Assembly: GCF_036321535.1 (NCBI RefSeq)
Contig: NC_087436.1
Span: 94,056,001 to 94,120,000 of the forward strand
Reading direction: 5' to 3'
Length of the DNA: 64,000 bases
Source: Camelus dromedarius
Lineage: Eukaryota
The translations under genes and the position numbers were made by a program. Shown here piece by piece: positions 52,071 to 64,000 of this stretch (position 1 is the first letter of the stretch; every line of letters starts with the position of its first letter). Below the pieces are notes generated by a model that had not been told where the DNA came from, ran no database searches, and worked only from the letters and a program-made list of their open reading frames with translations.

Positions 52071-54659
52071 CTGACTGCCATCATTTTTAATGAAACCCCG
52101 AAAGAAACAGTACAGGAAAGGCAGAGTGGAAAAACCTGCAAGAAGATCCTCTGGTATATAAAATAAACAAAAGACTGCTTTGTCTGGCTTTTTTTCCTCC
52201 TTCTGGGTAAAACCAAGGAGCAAAGATATGATTCTACAGTGGCAGTCCGTGTTGTCGAAAAGGAACGTAATGTCACCAGGATCGTCTGGGTGTTTACTGA
52301 GAAAATGACAAGGATGTTTGACCCCGCATGTAGGGTGAGGATCACACGAGAGCTCAGCCCCTCTGCTCTTCTCTCGTGACCCCAGAAAAGTCAGAGTCCT
52401 CAGGCTGAGTGACTTGGGGCAATGTATGCCTGATACTGAGTGGGAGGACTCTGGGTTGAACGACGAATAGAAATTCCCCTTTTTATTCTAGCTTCATAGC
52501 TGGTCTGTTAAAAATAAACCAAAGGGATAGAATAATGCAGATCAGAATGAAGAGAACCAGGAAAGTCAGGAGCCCATGAAGTGGAGGCGAGAAAAAAATA
52601 GACACTGGACTTAGAACCATAATCACTGTGATTCAGCAGCTCAGGAAATCTTTATAGTCACCACCCCTTGTCTTCCCAGAAAAGGAAACTGAGGCTTATC
52701 AAGTCATTTTACTTGCTCAAGTCCGCAGTGAACAAATCTGGGTCTCCTGACTTCAACCTAGCGTTCTGGCCATATCCAGGGATGAGAGAAAAGACCCTTA
52801 GAAGAAAGCCAAGAAGGAAAGAAAAGGTCATTTCAATTCAAGTCCCGAGATCTATAATTGCTTAGCTGGCAACCTGCAGCTAGATGAAAGGAAACTCGAC
52901 TCCAAGAACTCACCCAGGAGAAGGCCCTGAGGATGGAGGCCCAATGTTAAAACAACAAGCAGTTGGCACTGAGCAATGGATGGCAGGACTCCAGGCACTG
53001 GAAGGGAGCAGGTGCACCTGCCCGGGTACTGAAGCGTGACGGAACTTGGCCAGGCCCGAGCTCGACAGGAGAGAAGGTGGAGGAGGGCAGAGCAAAGGGC
53101 TTGGTTGAAAAACCTGACTTTATAATACCGTCCAAGATTTTGGCACCTCAGTGGGCACCCCATGCTGCCCAGCATCTAAATTCCCCTTCCTAATTTTGAG
53201 GAATCCCCCATTGTGAGTCAGAGCCTTCTTCTGGCAGCAGCATCTCAAGAGTTAACCATAGGACACGAACCCTATATCTTCTGATTGAGCCAACACATGC
53301 ACAATACAGGAGAGAAAAGGCGGAAAACCTCGCACTTCTTGCCCCCGACTGCAAAGTGACCACAAAGTGTCGAGGACCCCACCACCTGGGACTGAACTGT
53401 GCAGAATCATAGATACAGTGATGTTGGATCTGTGATGGTGGCTGAGACGGTCTAGCATTAAGATCAGTGTCCAAGGACAGTGACCAGGGTTGGCAAGGGT
53501 GGTAGCACCCTGACCACACTGTGTCTACTGTGTCTACTGCTCCCCAGTTTCCAAGTCTGCTTCTCCTGCCACCTTACAGATTCTGTGAGCAACCTTTCAT
53601 TAATTCATTTCCCATCATTGTTGGCCAGCATCCAGCTACAGATACAGGGCTGATACAGGCCCCATTCCTCACCTGCAACAGGAGAAGCCAAGGAGTTTTA
53701 CAAGGCGAGGACTCAGCTCAGTTGTGAATCTTACAAGGGCAGAAAGTGCGAGGACATGATGGACGATAAAAAGGTTCACAGTGGAACACATACAGTGGAA
53801 ACACATTTACAAAACTGTCTGTTAGACTTGCTAAAACAACCTATGTGATGCTGGGAGAGAGATTTAGCCAGACTGTTCTGTCCTGCTGCTCTCCATCGGG
53901 GACAGACCCACGTTCAGGCTGGAGGTTTAGAAACATGCCCAGAGTCACACAGGTAGCCAAGTGGCAGAATGCTTGAGAGCTGTTGGGTGCAATTTGGCCT
54001 TGAAATGTCAGGAAGAAAAGAGACTTTGGTTCCTTTTAAAAAGAGGCATTAGATGCTAAAGGTCTGGTCTGGATTATACAAACTGCACCAAGAACTTCCT
54101 CAGTTCCATAAACAATGAGGCATTGATTGCAGGAGAGAGGATGTTGAGAGCTGTTTCCTGATTGGAACAAAGAAGACAACCCTAGTGTTTTTAAGCCATG
54201 CTGAGAAAGTTACATAGCCCTCCTGTCTTTTCCACGCTGTTCATAAAAGAGGAAGAAGGGAGAAACCCATGGTGGATATGGGGAAATACCCTCTCATCTT
54301 CTGTTAGGCTACCATTCTCTAGCTCCAGACTCTGGACTCCCCTTTCTTTCTCTGGAAAGCCCCAAGGACTTATCCTGTTTCCATTTCCTCTCTAAAGCTG
54401 CTCTTGTCTCCTCTACCCCCTGGAGTTCTTATCACTCCTCTATCTTACCCCAAAATGGCTACAGAATAAGATCGTCTCATTTCATCTGCCCCCAAAGACA
54501 AATACAAGCCCTTATTCTCTTAGGGATTTTCTTCCAAAGAATTCAGGAAAAGCAAACACAGGGACAACAGAAAAACAAACAAAGGGATAGTTACAAAGCT
54601 AAAGAAGCTTATAAGGTTCACACAGTCCCAGTCCTTGCACGCTGAGAGACGGTACCTAA

Positions 54660-54870
54660 CTGTAGCTAACATTTACCAGGCATTTACTATTTACCAGGCA
54701 CTGGGCTAAGTGTTCCAGTTGGTGTTATCTTACTTTATACTCCCAGAAACTCCATGCATTTTATTAATGGGACTGAAGCCGAGAGAGATTAACTTTCCAA
54801 GGTTAATCGGCAGTTAGCTGCAGAATTGGAATTTGAACCCAAGTCTCTCTGGCTTTATAGCTGGTGCTCT
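54660..54870 (-). mobile_element. MIR SINE
   Basis: agctaacattta...ccaggcactgggctaagtg...atttgaacccaagtct. Confidence 0.7.
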
Positions 54871-55799
54871 TTTTTAAAGGTTTGTTTTTATAATGCTCAC
54901 TGCCACCCTTGTCCCATGCCCATCTTTCCATCCCTTCTCCCCCTTACAGGCAATTTCTATTAATTTCTGATTTACATTTCTAGAGTTTCTTTTTGAGAAC
55001 ACACGTGCGCACAGAGAGGTTAAAGCTGGAGCTCTTTATACCATGCCCAGCTGAAAGCCTACTCTGTCCTTTTAGAAATAAAACAGAGCAAAAAATCAGT
55101 TTACTTGGAAGGAAAGTGTTCTCCAGAGCCAAATAAGAGGGGATCTGTAGGACATGAATGCCTTGTTAGATGGGTGAAAACAGGCCTAAAACTTCCCAGA
55201 TAGCTTTTTAAAGTGCCTATGGTAGTAGGATTAGTATTTGGGTATCAGAAACAAAAGTGTGAAAAAACTGGAAGTTTCCCTAAGATAAAATAGAAATCAG
55301 GTAGAACCCTGGTAAAAGCCAGGTGCCCACGTGACCAGGTCTCTGCTTAAAGTCACCAATAGGGAAGCATGTTGCTATACCCCAAAGCAATAAAAACTAA
55401 ATTCCAGTCTTCACTCATGTCTCTCAAAGAATATCAACAGAAAGCCAATTCGTAACTCTTTGCAAATTTCTCAAATCCAGATTCTCTCCAGTACTCAGTC
55501 CGCGATAGTTTTTCTTCCTCCCTCTCCCTTCCCCCCACCCTGGTCTAGCTCTAGTAAGTAACTCAGCTTAGTTTCTTGTGCTAAGCCTTCTGCCTTTTCT
55601 TCCCACTTGTCACATTCTGTCTATTTCTGCCTCTCTCTTTAGTCGTCCTAGGATTTGGGAAACCGAGCTGGCCATGATTCTTCTTTAGTGGGCAGGAGGG
55701 AGGCTACTTTAAGGAATATTTCTGTGGTGATAAAGCAGTTCCCTGCACACCACCCAGTAACTCATCACTGATAACAGTTGCAGTTCAGTTGAGAAACAT

Positions 55800-56418
55800 A
55801 TCAGGTACGTCTCCAGGAAGGAGAGAGGAATCACACCTATTTGAATAAGGAAACTGTAACGTAAAGAACTGTTAACTAGTAGAAGGTGAATAACTACTAA
55901 AAGGAATAAAAGGGACCCCTAAGGGGTTCAGAATTAGACAGTGCAGTAAAAGAGGCTTTAACCCCTAGGCTGGAGGAGCTGGACAAAGAAGGAATTAAGG
56001 TCTTCGGAGACCTCTTCAAAGAGGATGTCGCTACTGCAGGAACACACAACCTGACAGGACTGAGACACTTGGCAGGCTAAGCTGTCTCGAGAAGCTATCC
56101 TGCACTGACAGAGGTTGTGGGCAGCCCAGTGCTACTTAGAAGTCACAGTAGGGAGAGCGAGGTGTTAGGGTACAGTTGAAATATGTCCACAAGGGCTGCT
56201 ATGCTCACATGCTGAATAATAATAATAGACGGCCAGAAACTAGAAGGGGACTGTCTGTGGCTATGTCCTTGCTGTGTTACTCCAGTGCCTTATTGATAAA
56301 ACTTAACATTCTGCCAGCTGGCAAAGAAGAAGTGTTTACTGGGCCCGGCTCTGATATCACAAAGCTGTGTAAAGAAGGGTAAACTTGGAGCTGAGAGATA
56401 ATAAATTGATGAGGCACA
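55800..56418 (-). mobile_element. ERVL solo LTR (LTR41/LTR33-like)
   Basis: Reverse complement starts tgtgcctcatcaatttattatctctcagctccaa...ctttgccagctggcagaatgttaag. Confidence 0.65.
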
Positions 56419-58399
56419 TACACTGACTAGTCAGAGTGGAGGCCAGCTGTAAACAACCAGTAGAGACATACTGATTGAGTGCATGTTAGTTGAGTACCAC
56501 CCTGCAAAGCTGTTGCATTTTTCTAGGCTCTGTTTCGGCTCTCTGCTGATTCCCGACACTTGCAGTGTAGTAAAACCTGGGATACAGGATATAGCCTGTG
56601 CTCAGAAATCAGACATGTGATAGGAACAGGGTAGGTGATGAGGGGCGGGGTGTCCAAAGAATAATTTTTATTGCAGACATTTATAAAACTCCAGACATAT
56701 TTGACAATTGATATGCATTATCTAAGCTAGAGCTGATAACAATCTTAGAGGGCTGGTGTTAGTCCTGTCTTCCAGGTCACAACACTGAGCTTCGCAGAGC
56801 CTAGGCTCCTAATGAAGTCGTGCAGCTAGTGAGTGGTGGGAAACGGCTCAGGTCAGGTTGATTATCACCAAAACCAGCTGGGTCCACCTTTCCTTAGAGG
56901 GCTGTGTTGAACTGTGATCATTTTGTTGCTTTACATGTTTTCAGGCTATCTTCTTAGGTGCCTATTTGTTCATGATTTTTGATGTAAAGTTCTTACAACC
57001 GGTACATAATGTCCCCCTTTGTCTCTTATGATCATTTTTCATATGATCATATGAAATTTTATTTTATCTATAATTGGTATTTCTATCCCACCTTTCCTTT
57101 GTTGTCCTTGTATGTGTTTTTCTATTCCTTATTTTCAAATTCTCCATATCCTTTTATTTCAAATATATCTCTGTAGACAACATATTACTGGATAGAGTGG
57201 AAGAGGATGTTTTACTGTTATTAATTTTTAAAAAACTAATCTGAGTCTGTTTTTTAACCTTTGATTCTAAAGTCTGTGCACTTTAGAATCAAAGTGCACA
57301 CTACATTTCTCCTCAGAACAAGCTGGCAGGCAGCTGGGGGGATTCAGCAGCAAGGGAGGACCCAGACGTGAGACCAGTGGTCAGTGTCTGGGTATCAAGC
57401 CCTGCAAGGGCTGTGAGGAGAGGACCAGAGTGGGACCTCAGTGTTCAGAGAAGTGGGATAATAGACAAGAAAATGGTGTAGAGCCAGGGACCTCATCTTA
57501 AAATAGAGGGTGGAATTTGGGAACCTGATCATGGGGACACAAGCAAGTTTGGGGTTATCAGAGCCAGGGTCAAGTACAAAAGAAGTGAAGAAAATGAAAG
57601 AACATGATGTTTATAAATATTAAAATGTTTATGATTCTGTATGCCAATATCATAGGGACTTCTTCAGCAGGTGTGCTAAATGGCTTTTCTCAGTAATGCA
57701 TTCCAAACCAAGTGCTGCCTTCTTTCAGTGTTTGTGTTTTTTCCATCTTTGTTGTCCTAGTGGTTGTATCTGAGGATAAATCAAATCCCTTGAAAACAAC
57801 TGAACAAAGTAGCTTCTTGCCATTATTCTTTTACTGAAAGGTTGAATTCCTTAACCACCTTTCTCCTCCCAGTTCTTGTGCCTACTCCCTGCCATCAAAG
57901 CCACTCCTCTCACCTGCAAAAGGGGATTAAGTCATCAAACACCATACATCCAGACCTATTCACCAGAGAAAAAGAACTGGAAAGATGGTCAACAGGACAG
58001 TCCCAAAGAGTCATCCCTTTGACTGACTTATTATTTCCCTTTGGCCGTCACTCAGATTCTTCAATGTCCCAGAAACTGAAAGTTTGGAGTTCTATTGATT
58101 CTCTCTTTGGTTCACTAACTATGGAAAAGTTATCTTGCATCATTTGACCGGTGGATACAATCCCTTACACAGAGAGAGCATTTTTCAGGCTTTGAAACAC
58201 TTCCACGTATATTAATGCCATTTAAAGCTTCCCATCACTCACTGAACTGGAATTTTACAGCCAGGGAAATGGAGGCTGAGAATGGTAGAATGACTTTTTA
58301 AAGATTACAGCTGGTCAGTAACTGAGCTGCGACTCAAATTCAGGATTTCTGATGCCAGGTTTGGCCCTCTTGTCACTTCTCATTGTTTCCTCTTCTCCT

Positions 58400-59950
58400 T
58401 CAGTGATTTTGTCGTCTATCTGACCTCAGCCACTGCCATGGTCATACCTTAGGCCTTGTTATTACTAACAATCTACTTACAATGTTAGCTTTTTAAGCAT
58501 CTCAGCTACCACCCATTTTTATTTTTCCAGCTTACTCCCTCCCTCTTGACCTTGACCCTAACATTTCTTTGATGCTCCCAGGACCTACAATCTGTTAGTC
58601 TTGTCTCTTGACCTCATGCTCTGACCTTCTAACTCTCCCAACTCAGATTCTAGTTTAACCCTGTCATCATTCCCACACATGCATCTTCAGATCTCTTCCC
58701 CCAACTCCTTTCTGGTGAAGCGCCAACCCTGGTGAAGTCTAATTTGCCACCAATTTTGCGGTTTGGCAGTTGGCAGCTGAATGTGGCTGAGAAACTGCCC
58801 CCCCCACACACACATACTCAACATTGATCTCTGAGGGTTTCCTTCAATAAGTAGCATCCTTCTTCCCCATCCAGGTTCTTAATAAGTTGAGAAATAATGC
58901 AAAGTAAATTGGGAGACCAAATATCGCCTTTGTGACTGACAGAGACCAGATTAGAGGACAAGCTTTAGGTGCTTTAGGTTGGTCAAGGTGCCTGCTGATA
59001 CTAAGTCCCAGGACTCACCCAGCCCCAGTAGCGGCTGCAGCGTTGAACTAGGGCTCTACCTTCAGTTATTTCCATCATCAACCACTCCTCATCACCTTAA
59101 TCACTGCCACTTGGGTCCAAGCCCGTCATCATCTCTGGAATTCTGCAGTAGTCTCCTGATTGTCCCCACACACCTACCCCTGCCCGCCTCCTCTCGTCTC
59201 CTCATAACAGCCAGGGAGAGTCTTTTACATCAGCAGTTCTCAACCTTGGATTCACATTAAAATCACCTGGGGAAGTTTTCAAACTCTTGAGGCCCAGGCC
59301 TCACCAATTAATTCAGAATCTCTGGGGGTGGGACTTAGGCATCATGATTTTTTTTTTTTCTTCAAAGCTCCCGGGGAGAACCACTGTGTAGCAAAGGTTG
59401 AGAATCACTGCAGTCAGGTATGTTGCTCTTCTGCTTACCCTCCCACCCCATGACCTCCCGTTTCACTCAGAGTAGAAGGCAAAGCCCTTTAAAAGGCCTG
59501 CGGAGATGCAGGGGACCCTCCCATAACTCCCAGCTCACCCCCAGCCATGCTAGCCTCCTCACTATTCCTTAAATACACAAAGCCAGGTCTTCCTTCTGTC
59601 TAGAAAGCCTTTCCTCAAGCCTTCCCTCGCTCCCCCACTTCCTTCAGGTCTCTGTTCAAATGTCTCTTTATTAAGAGGCCTGTTCCAAGTATCCTGTCTA
59701 AAAGAGCATGCATGCGCACACACACACACACCCCACACTTCACCCCATCCCACTCTACTCCATTCCTCTGCTTAATTTTTCCTCATTGCTCTATAGACTC
59801 TCATTGACTTCACCCCACTAGAACAGAAGCTCCATCAAGGCAGAGATTTTTCTTCGTTTGTTAATAGCTATATTCCCAGCCCCTAGAACAGTGCTTGACA
59901 CAGAGGGGGAACTTAATAAATAGTTGTAAGTGGGTGAATGAGTGAATGAA
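58400..59950 (+). mobile_element. L2 fragments ending in the L2 3' terminus
   Basis: ccccactagaacagaagctccatcaaggcagag...cctagaacagtgcttgacacagag...tgaatgagtgaatgaa. Confidence 0.75.
59231..59410. mobile_element. MER5-like MITE nested in L2
   Basis: TIRs cagcagttctcaacctt / aaggttgagaatcactg; internal aatcacctgggg, cagaatctctgggggtggg. Confidence 0.8.
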
Positions 59951-60947
59951 CCTCTCCTCTGCAAAATGCCATCTCAACCACACTGTCTTCCTCTTGGTCT
60001 ACAAGACTAAAGCATGTTATCATCAAACAAGATATATCCAACTGAGGACACCAGGTATGACCTTAAACTTCCTAAAGAGAAATTTTAGTGGACAGGAAAA
60101 ATACCCTCTCTCCTCCTCTTCATCCCTCTTCCCCAGACCTACCCAGTTCCTCTGAAGCAAGATGAACTCTCAGCAGAGAATGCTGAATTAAGCCTGAGTG
60201 TTTCCACTGGGTGGGGGTGGGGGGTGCCCTGCCAGTTTGGCTTTGATGAGAAGCAATGTGGCAGGGTGTCCGTGGACCAGTGCCACGGAAAGCATATCCT
60301 GCTGAGCTCCATCCACATTGGAGGAAGCCATACAATCTCAGTCCAAAGCCTGAAGCAAAATCAACAAAGGAAGAGAAGATCAAGGACAGAATCCACAATG
60401 GGCCATCCTGTCCTTGTCATCACCAGAACAACCAGGCCCTTGGTTTGCAAAGGGAAGGAGGTAGAGGAGGAACAGGAAGGAGGAAATCGATTTTTGTTTA
60501 ATGCATTTGTTTTTCAATATTTTAAAATAAGCAACATATTAGAGAAATCTAGGGAAATCTTAAAAGTAAACTGAAACAAATTACAATTTTGCACAGTCCC
60601 ACTATCCAGATATAACAACTGCTCAAACTTTTAAGTTTCTTTATAGTTTTTTTCTTGTGTTTTCTGTTCTGTAAATCACATGATGGCCTCCCTTTCATTG
60701 GCCAAATTTCTGATCATTTCTGTAGGATACTGCTTCAAAGTTTGCACTCAGATGAATGATCATTTTAAGGTATTTTGAGATGCATCGTCTAGTTGCTTTA
60801 GAGAGGTCATACTAATTTACATTCTCTCCATCATGGCACAAGAATGCATACCTCACTTGGCCTCACCTGCCCTTACCTCACCTGCCCTCACCTCATCAGT
60901 GCTGACCAAAATCACCTTGAAAACATTCCCATCAAAACACTGCGTAA

Positions 60948-61091
60948 TGGGGAGGGTATACCTCAGTGGCAGAGTGCATGCTTAGCATATGCATGAGGTC
61001 CTGGGTTCGATCCCCAATGCCTGCATCAAAATAAATAAACCTAATTACCTCCCACCCACCCCTTAAAAAAACAAAAAAAAATTAATTTAAA
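60948..61091 (+). mobile_element. tRNA-derived SINE (camelid Vic-1-like)
   Basis: ggggagggtatacctcagtggcagagtgcatgcttagc...ggttcgatcccc; TSD aaaacactgcgtaa (60934-60947) / aaaacactgtgtaa (61092-61105). Confidence 0.9.
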
Positions 61092-62330
61092 AAAACACTG
61101 TGTAAAAATATGCAGTCAACTGGCATTACCTTCTTACAACCTTAAACTTCCCAGAGAGGCAATGAAAAGGCAAGGGATAAAGTTGGACAGATAAAGATGT
61201 TCTCTTAGTCTGAAAAAGTGCTTCTCATCACCTGCCTTCCTCTTTATAACCACCATTAACCACCTCCCCATTTCTCTTACCAGATCTGTGGCCAATCACA
61301 CCCTTGTCCCAGGGGCTTCTCTTCTTCTCTAAAGCCAAATTAAGCTATCTCTGTCTTTTTTGTTATTTCCCTGCATTAACTCCTTAGAAATCTCCTGAGC
61401 TCAGAGCCCACTGCCCTGCCCACAGCAGCTTTCTCAATAGCTCTCAGATTCGGCCTCTTCCATTCCTAATTTTCCACATTGCTTTCTCTTCCTCTGTCAT
61501 TTGGAGATTAGGAGGGAAAATGCGAGCATCCCTACCTTGTGTTTTTCGTGTGTGTGTGTGTGTGTTTAAGGACTCAAAACACTTCAGAGTGTGGTGATGA
61601 CAAAGGTGATGGTGTCACTGCTGTCTGCAGGGATGCCTGGTACTGACTGAACATTCCATACGCTGTGGTCAGAAACCGGATACATGTATCTTTTAACTCT
61701 CACAGCTACACTATGGGCTGGGCACTGTTCTACACCCATTTTATAGATTAAGGAGATATAGAGAAGCAGATTTGATTTAGGTCACTTAACCTGTAAATGG
61801 CAGTGCCACTCCTAGAGCTCTGACTCCAAAATGGTGTCCTTATACCTTCCCCGGGGTTCTCAATGTACCCATGCCAAGCATACCCAGTGTTTCCACTCAA
61901 CCTTTCCTTTAATAACACCACCACCATCATCATATTTTGAAATCACATTTTATATTTGCAGGAAATGCATTTCCCTTCCAAAGATTTCTCAAGATCTTGA
62001 GGAATGGGGAATGCTATGACCCCTCACTGTGGACAGCTGTTCCAGGCTGCTTTATGGATTGTTTCTGCCACCTCATAACTTTTCTCCAGGCAACAGGTCA
62101 CCCCAAAGACCCCAGTTACTACCTCTGTCCCAGTGTACACTCAGTGTCCCTCTGCCCTCTCCCCCCATGACACTGCTAACCCCAGAGTTGGATACAGATC
62201 ATTTTTCTGAAGGCTTGGGAGGAGCAGGAGATTACTGAACAGAAGGGCTGGAAATCAGCAAGCAGATTTCACAGCGGCGAAGTCTGATGATGAGCCGGTA
62301 TAGTAGAGCGTACTCATGGGCAGAGGCTCT

Positions 62331-63065
62331 AGGGAACCCTCCTACATTGTTGGTGGGAAGGTAAATTGGTGCAGCCACTATGGAGAACAGTATAGAGAGT
62401 CCTTAAAAAATTAGAGTTACCTTATGATCCAGGAACCCCACTCTGGGACATATATCTGGAGAAAACTAATTTGAAAAGATGCATGCACCCCAGTGTTCCT
62501 AGAGTCACTATTTACAATACCCAAGACATGGAAGCAACCAAATGTCCATTGACAGATAAATGGATAAAGAAGATGTAGTGTATCTGGACACAGTGGGATA
62601 CTACTCCAGCCATAAAAAAGACTGATACAATGCTATTTTCCGCAACATGGATGGACCCAGAGATTATTGTACTAAGTGAAGTAAGTTAGACAAAGACAAA
62701 TACCATATGATATCACTTATATGGAATCTAAAAAACGACACAAATGAACTTATTTACAAAACAGAAAGAGACTCACAGACACAGAAAACAGAATTATGGT
62801 TACCAAAGGGGAAGGTAGGCAGGGGGAGGGATAAATGAGGAGTTTGGGATTAGCAGATACAAACTTACATAAACAAAATAGACAAACAAGCTCCTACTGT
62901 ATAGCACAGGGAACTATATTCAGTAGCTTGTAATAATCTATAATGAAAAATTATATATATATATATATATATAACTGAATCACTATGCTATAAACCAGAA
63001 ACTAACACATTGTAAATCAACAATACTTCAATTAAAAAAAAAAGAGATAGAGAGAGAGAGAGAGA
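62331..63065 (+). mobile_element. 5'-truncated L1 3' end (~0.7 kb), A tail followed by (GA)n
   Basis: ggtgcagccactatggagaacagtat...caacatggatggacc...tatagcacagggaactatattca; TSD gcagaggctct at 62320-62330 and 63066-63076. Confidence 0.9.
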
Positions 63066-64000
63066 GCAGAGGCTCTGGAACCCAAGTCCTGGCACTACCG
63101 AAAAAGAGCCTTTTCTTGGTGATGAGCGATCCTGGTTGTTTACAGTGGCCTCTGTTCTGGTTGGTTAGAATTCACACCCACATCTGTTCTGATTGGTCAG
63201 TGTCTGCTGTTGTCTATTTGTGTTTGCTATCTGCACCATTCTGGTTATTAAACATTTTTAATATCAGCTTCTTACTTGGTGCTTAAGTTGTAGCATATTG
63301 CTTAAGCATTTTTGTGACTCCATTTCCGCCTCTTGCCAGAGGCCACAAAACTCTGTGGTATTGGAGTAGGGGAAGCTTCTTACTGCGGTGACTGGCATCT
63401 AGAGATGGATAGGAGGAAGCTTAGAAGATGAGATAGCTCTGGACATTGGTGCTGAAATAGATCATCAGCCTATTAATGAGACTGGGGCCTGAATGGCACC
63501 ATAAAAAAATCCTAAACTCATATAACTATTTGCTGACAATTACAGTTTTATGAGGGCAAAATTCATTTGTAGTCAATGTTATAAAAACTCCTTACAGTCA
63601 CTCCTTGCAGGAAAACAGCTTGCTGTCACCTGCCCCAGGTGAGTGAATTTCAGATGAGTGAGCACCAGAGGAGTCTCTGGAAATTAGATGAAGAGGGATG
63701 TACTGGGAAATTGACAGAATTATAAAAAGCTGCTGCTTTAAGACTAAGCTTGCATCAGAGGAAGAACTCACAATAGATTTAACTATATAAAAATGTAAAC
63801 TTTTTTGTTTAAAAAATCATAAAGTGGCTAGCTACAAATCAAAAATATGTATGTTACAAAATTAGGCAGAAAAAAGCTTAATCTCTTTAATGTATAACTT
63901 ACACCAGTTATTAATGTTGGGGGGGAGGCTGTTTAAAAGGGTAGAGAAAGCATTGTCTTTGTGCCCTAATTTAAAAAAAAATCTTATTGAGGTGCAGTTG

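Noticed and set aside
34600..64000. A downstream gene such as CHRNA9 (neighbour in human, by recall)
   Set aside because: No nicotinic receptor-like or other exon recognised on either strand
1..64000. CRISPR array, operon or other prokaryote-type system
   Set aside because: Sequence is mammalian (spliceosomal introns, L1, MIR); no regular repeat-spacer array seen

Overview
Mammalian genomic DNA, very probably a camelid (four tRNA-Ala-like SINEs of the camelid Vic-1 type). It holds the 3' part of RBM47 on the + strand: a probable non-coding exon (3533-3656), four coding exons (CDS 22530-23658, 24530-24736, 27110-27306, 31729-31968; 1773 nt, 590 aa, three RRMs plus an Ala-rich C-terminus) and a ~2.55 kb 3' UTR ending near AATAAA 34510. 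The promoter lies upstream of the window. The last ~29 kb is repeat-rich intergenic DNA with no gene I can support. I found no convincing new multi-gene system. The best leads are a 5'-half tRNA-Gly(TCC) tailless retrocopy with a perfect 15-bp target-site duplication, a uORF whose stop overlaps the RBM47 start codon, a candidate intronic poly(A) site that would give an RRM-only isoform, a NAGNAG acceptor on the cassette exon, clustered miRNA seed sites, a strong CTCF motif and two neighbouring fold-back structures. Repeat family names and comparisons with human RBM47 are from recall, not from a search; repeat boundaries are approximate unless a TSD or TIR is cited.
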